A stretch of DNA of 33,769 bases, from the NCBI GenBank assembly GCA_900556765.1, contig USQH01000001.1:1-33769 (forward strand), read 5' to 3'. A program made the position numbers and the translations under genes. Source of the DNA: an uncultured Oscillospiraceae bacterium. Lineage in GTDB: Bacteria; Bacillota; Clostridia; Oscillospirales; Acutalibacteraceae. Position 1 is the stretch's first letter. The number at the start of each line of letters is the position of its first letter. The notes beneath the pieces were generated by a model that saw only the letters and a list, made by a program, of their open reading frames with translations, was not told where the DNA came from and did no database searches. Shown here piece by piece: positions 33,260 to 33,769 of the stretch.

Positions 33260-33326
33260 TCTTTGCGGGGCAGCTTGCGCGCCGTTTTCACGCCGCTTGA
33301 GCGCCGTAAATGTCACATTGTCTTGC

Positions 33327-33769
33327 TCAGCCGATCTTTTCGGCGCCGCCCATATAGGGGCGAAGCGCTTCGGGGATGCGTATTGAGCCGTCTGCCTGCA
33401 AATTGTTCTCCAGGAATGCGATAAGCATTCTCGGCGGGGCGACGACGGTGTTGTTGAGGGTGTGGGCGAGGTAGGTTCCTTTTTCGCCCTTAATGCGAAT
33501 TTTCAGGCGGCGTGCCTGAGCATCGCCGAGGTTGGAACAGCTTCCGACCTCAAAATATTTCTTCTGACGCGGTGACCACGCCTCAACGTCAAGCGACTTG
33601 ACCTTCAGGTCGGCAAGATCGCCCGAGCAGCAGCCGAGGGTACGCACAGGAATATCCATCGAGCGGAAGAGGTCGACGGTGTTTTTCCAAAGCTGATCGT
33701 ACCAGTAGTCGCTGTCCTCCGGCTTGCAGACGACGATCATCTCCTGCTTTTCAAACTGGTGGATGCGGT
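33327..33769 (-). CDS. serS: Seryl-tRNA synthetase, C-terminal part (truncated by the window edge)
   Basis: The frame is open to the edge (RIHQFEKQEMIVVCKPEDS...). The class II motif 3 region and the C-terminal IPEALRPYMGG are typical of SerRS. Confidence 0.9.
   Translation of the reverse strand, partial: RIHQFEKQEMIVVCKPEDSDYWYDQLWKNTVDLFRSMDIPVRTLGCCSGDLADLKVKSLDVEAWSPRQKKYFEVGSCSNLGDAQARRLKIRIKGEKGTYLAHTLNNTVVAPPRMLIAFLENNLQADGSIRIPEALRPYMGGAEKIG

Overview
This window is the chromosomal replication-origin region of a fairly GC-rich, probably spore-forming Firmicute. The Clostridia-like assignment rests on an alpha/beta-type SASP gene and the gene order. The conserved core is dnaA - long non-coding spacer (candidate oriC) - dnaN - yaaA (S4) - recF - remB (DUF370) - gyrB - gyrA, at about 21.4-31.2 kb on the + strand. 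serS is truncated at the right edge. Left of the core lie ordinary housekeeping and accessory genes:
- Transport and metal: TspO, an FNT-type channel, an MFS transporter, and a His-rich heavy-metal P-type ATPase.
- Small membrane proteins: three with the same zinc-ribbon N-terminus, plus DUF2752 and TM2 proteins.
- Enzymes and adaptors: a MecA-like adaptor, a Cu/Zn-SOD-like protein, an OGG1-type glycosylase, a GH2 glycosidase, YbaK and a VRR-NUC nuclease.
- RNA and islet: a monocistronic tRNA-Gln(CUG), followed by a low-GC islet holding a serine-recombinase C-terminal remnant and a lipoprotein gene.

I found no defence system, CRISPR array, prophage or intact mobile element. The unusual part is non-coding. 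Almost every long intergenic spacer, including the dnaA-dnaN spacer and a 390-bp insertion between remB and gyrB, is built from degenerate short tandem repeats. Several of these keep an exact 20-bp register and carry a CACG-N3-CGTG dyad. I could not find a perfect DnaA box (TTATCCACA) by eye. All homology calls come from motif recognition in the translations, not from searches. Coordinates of small elements were hand-counted.
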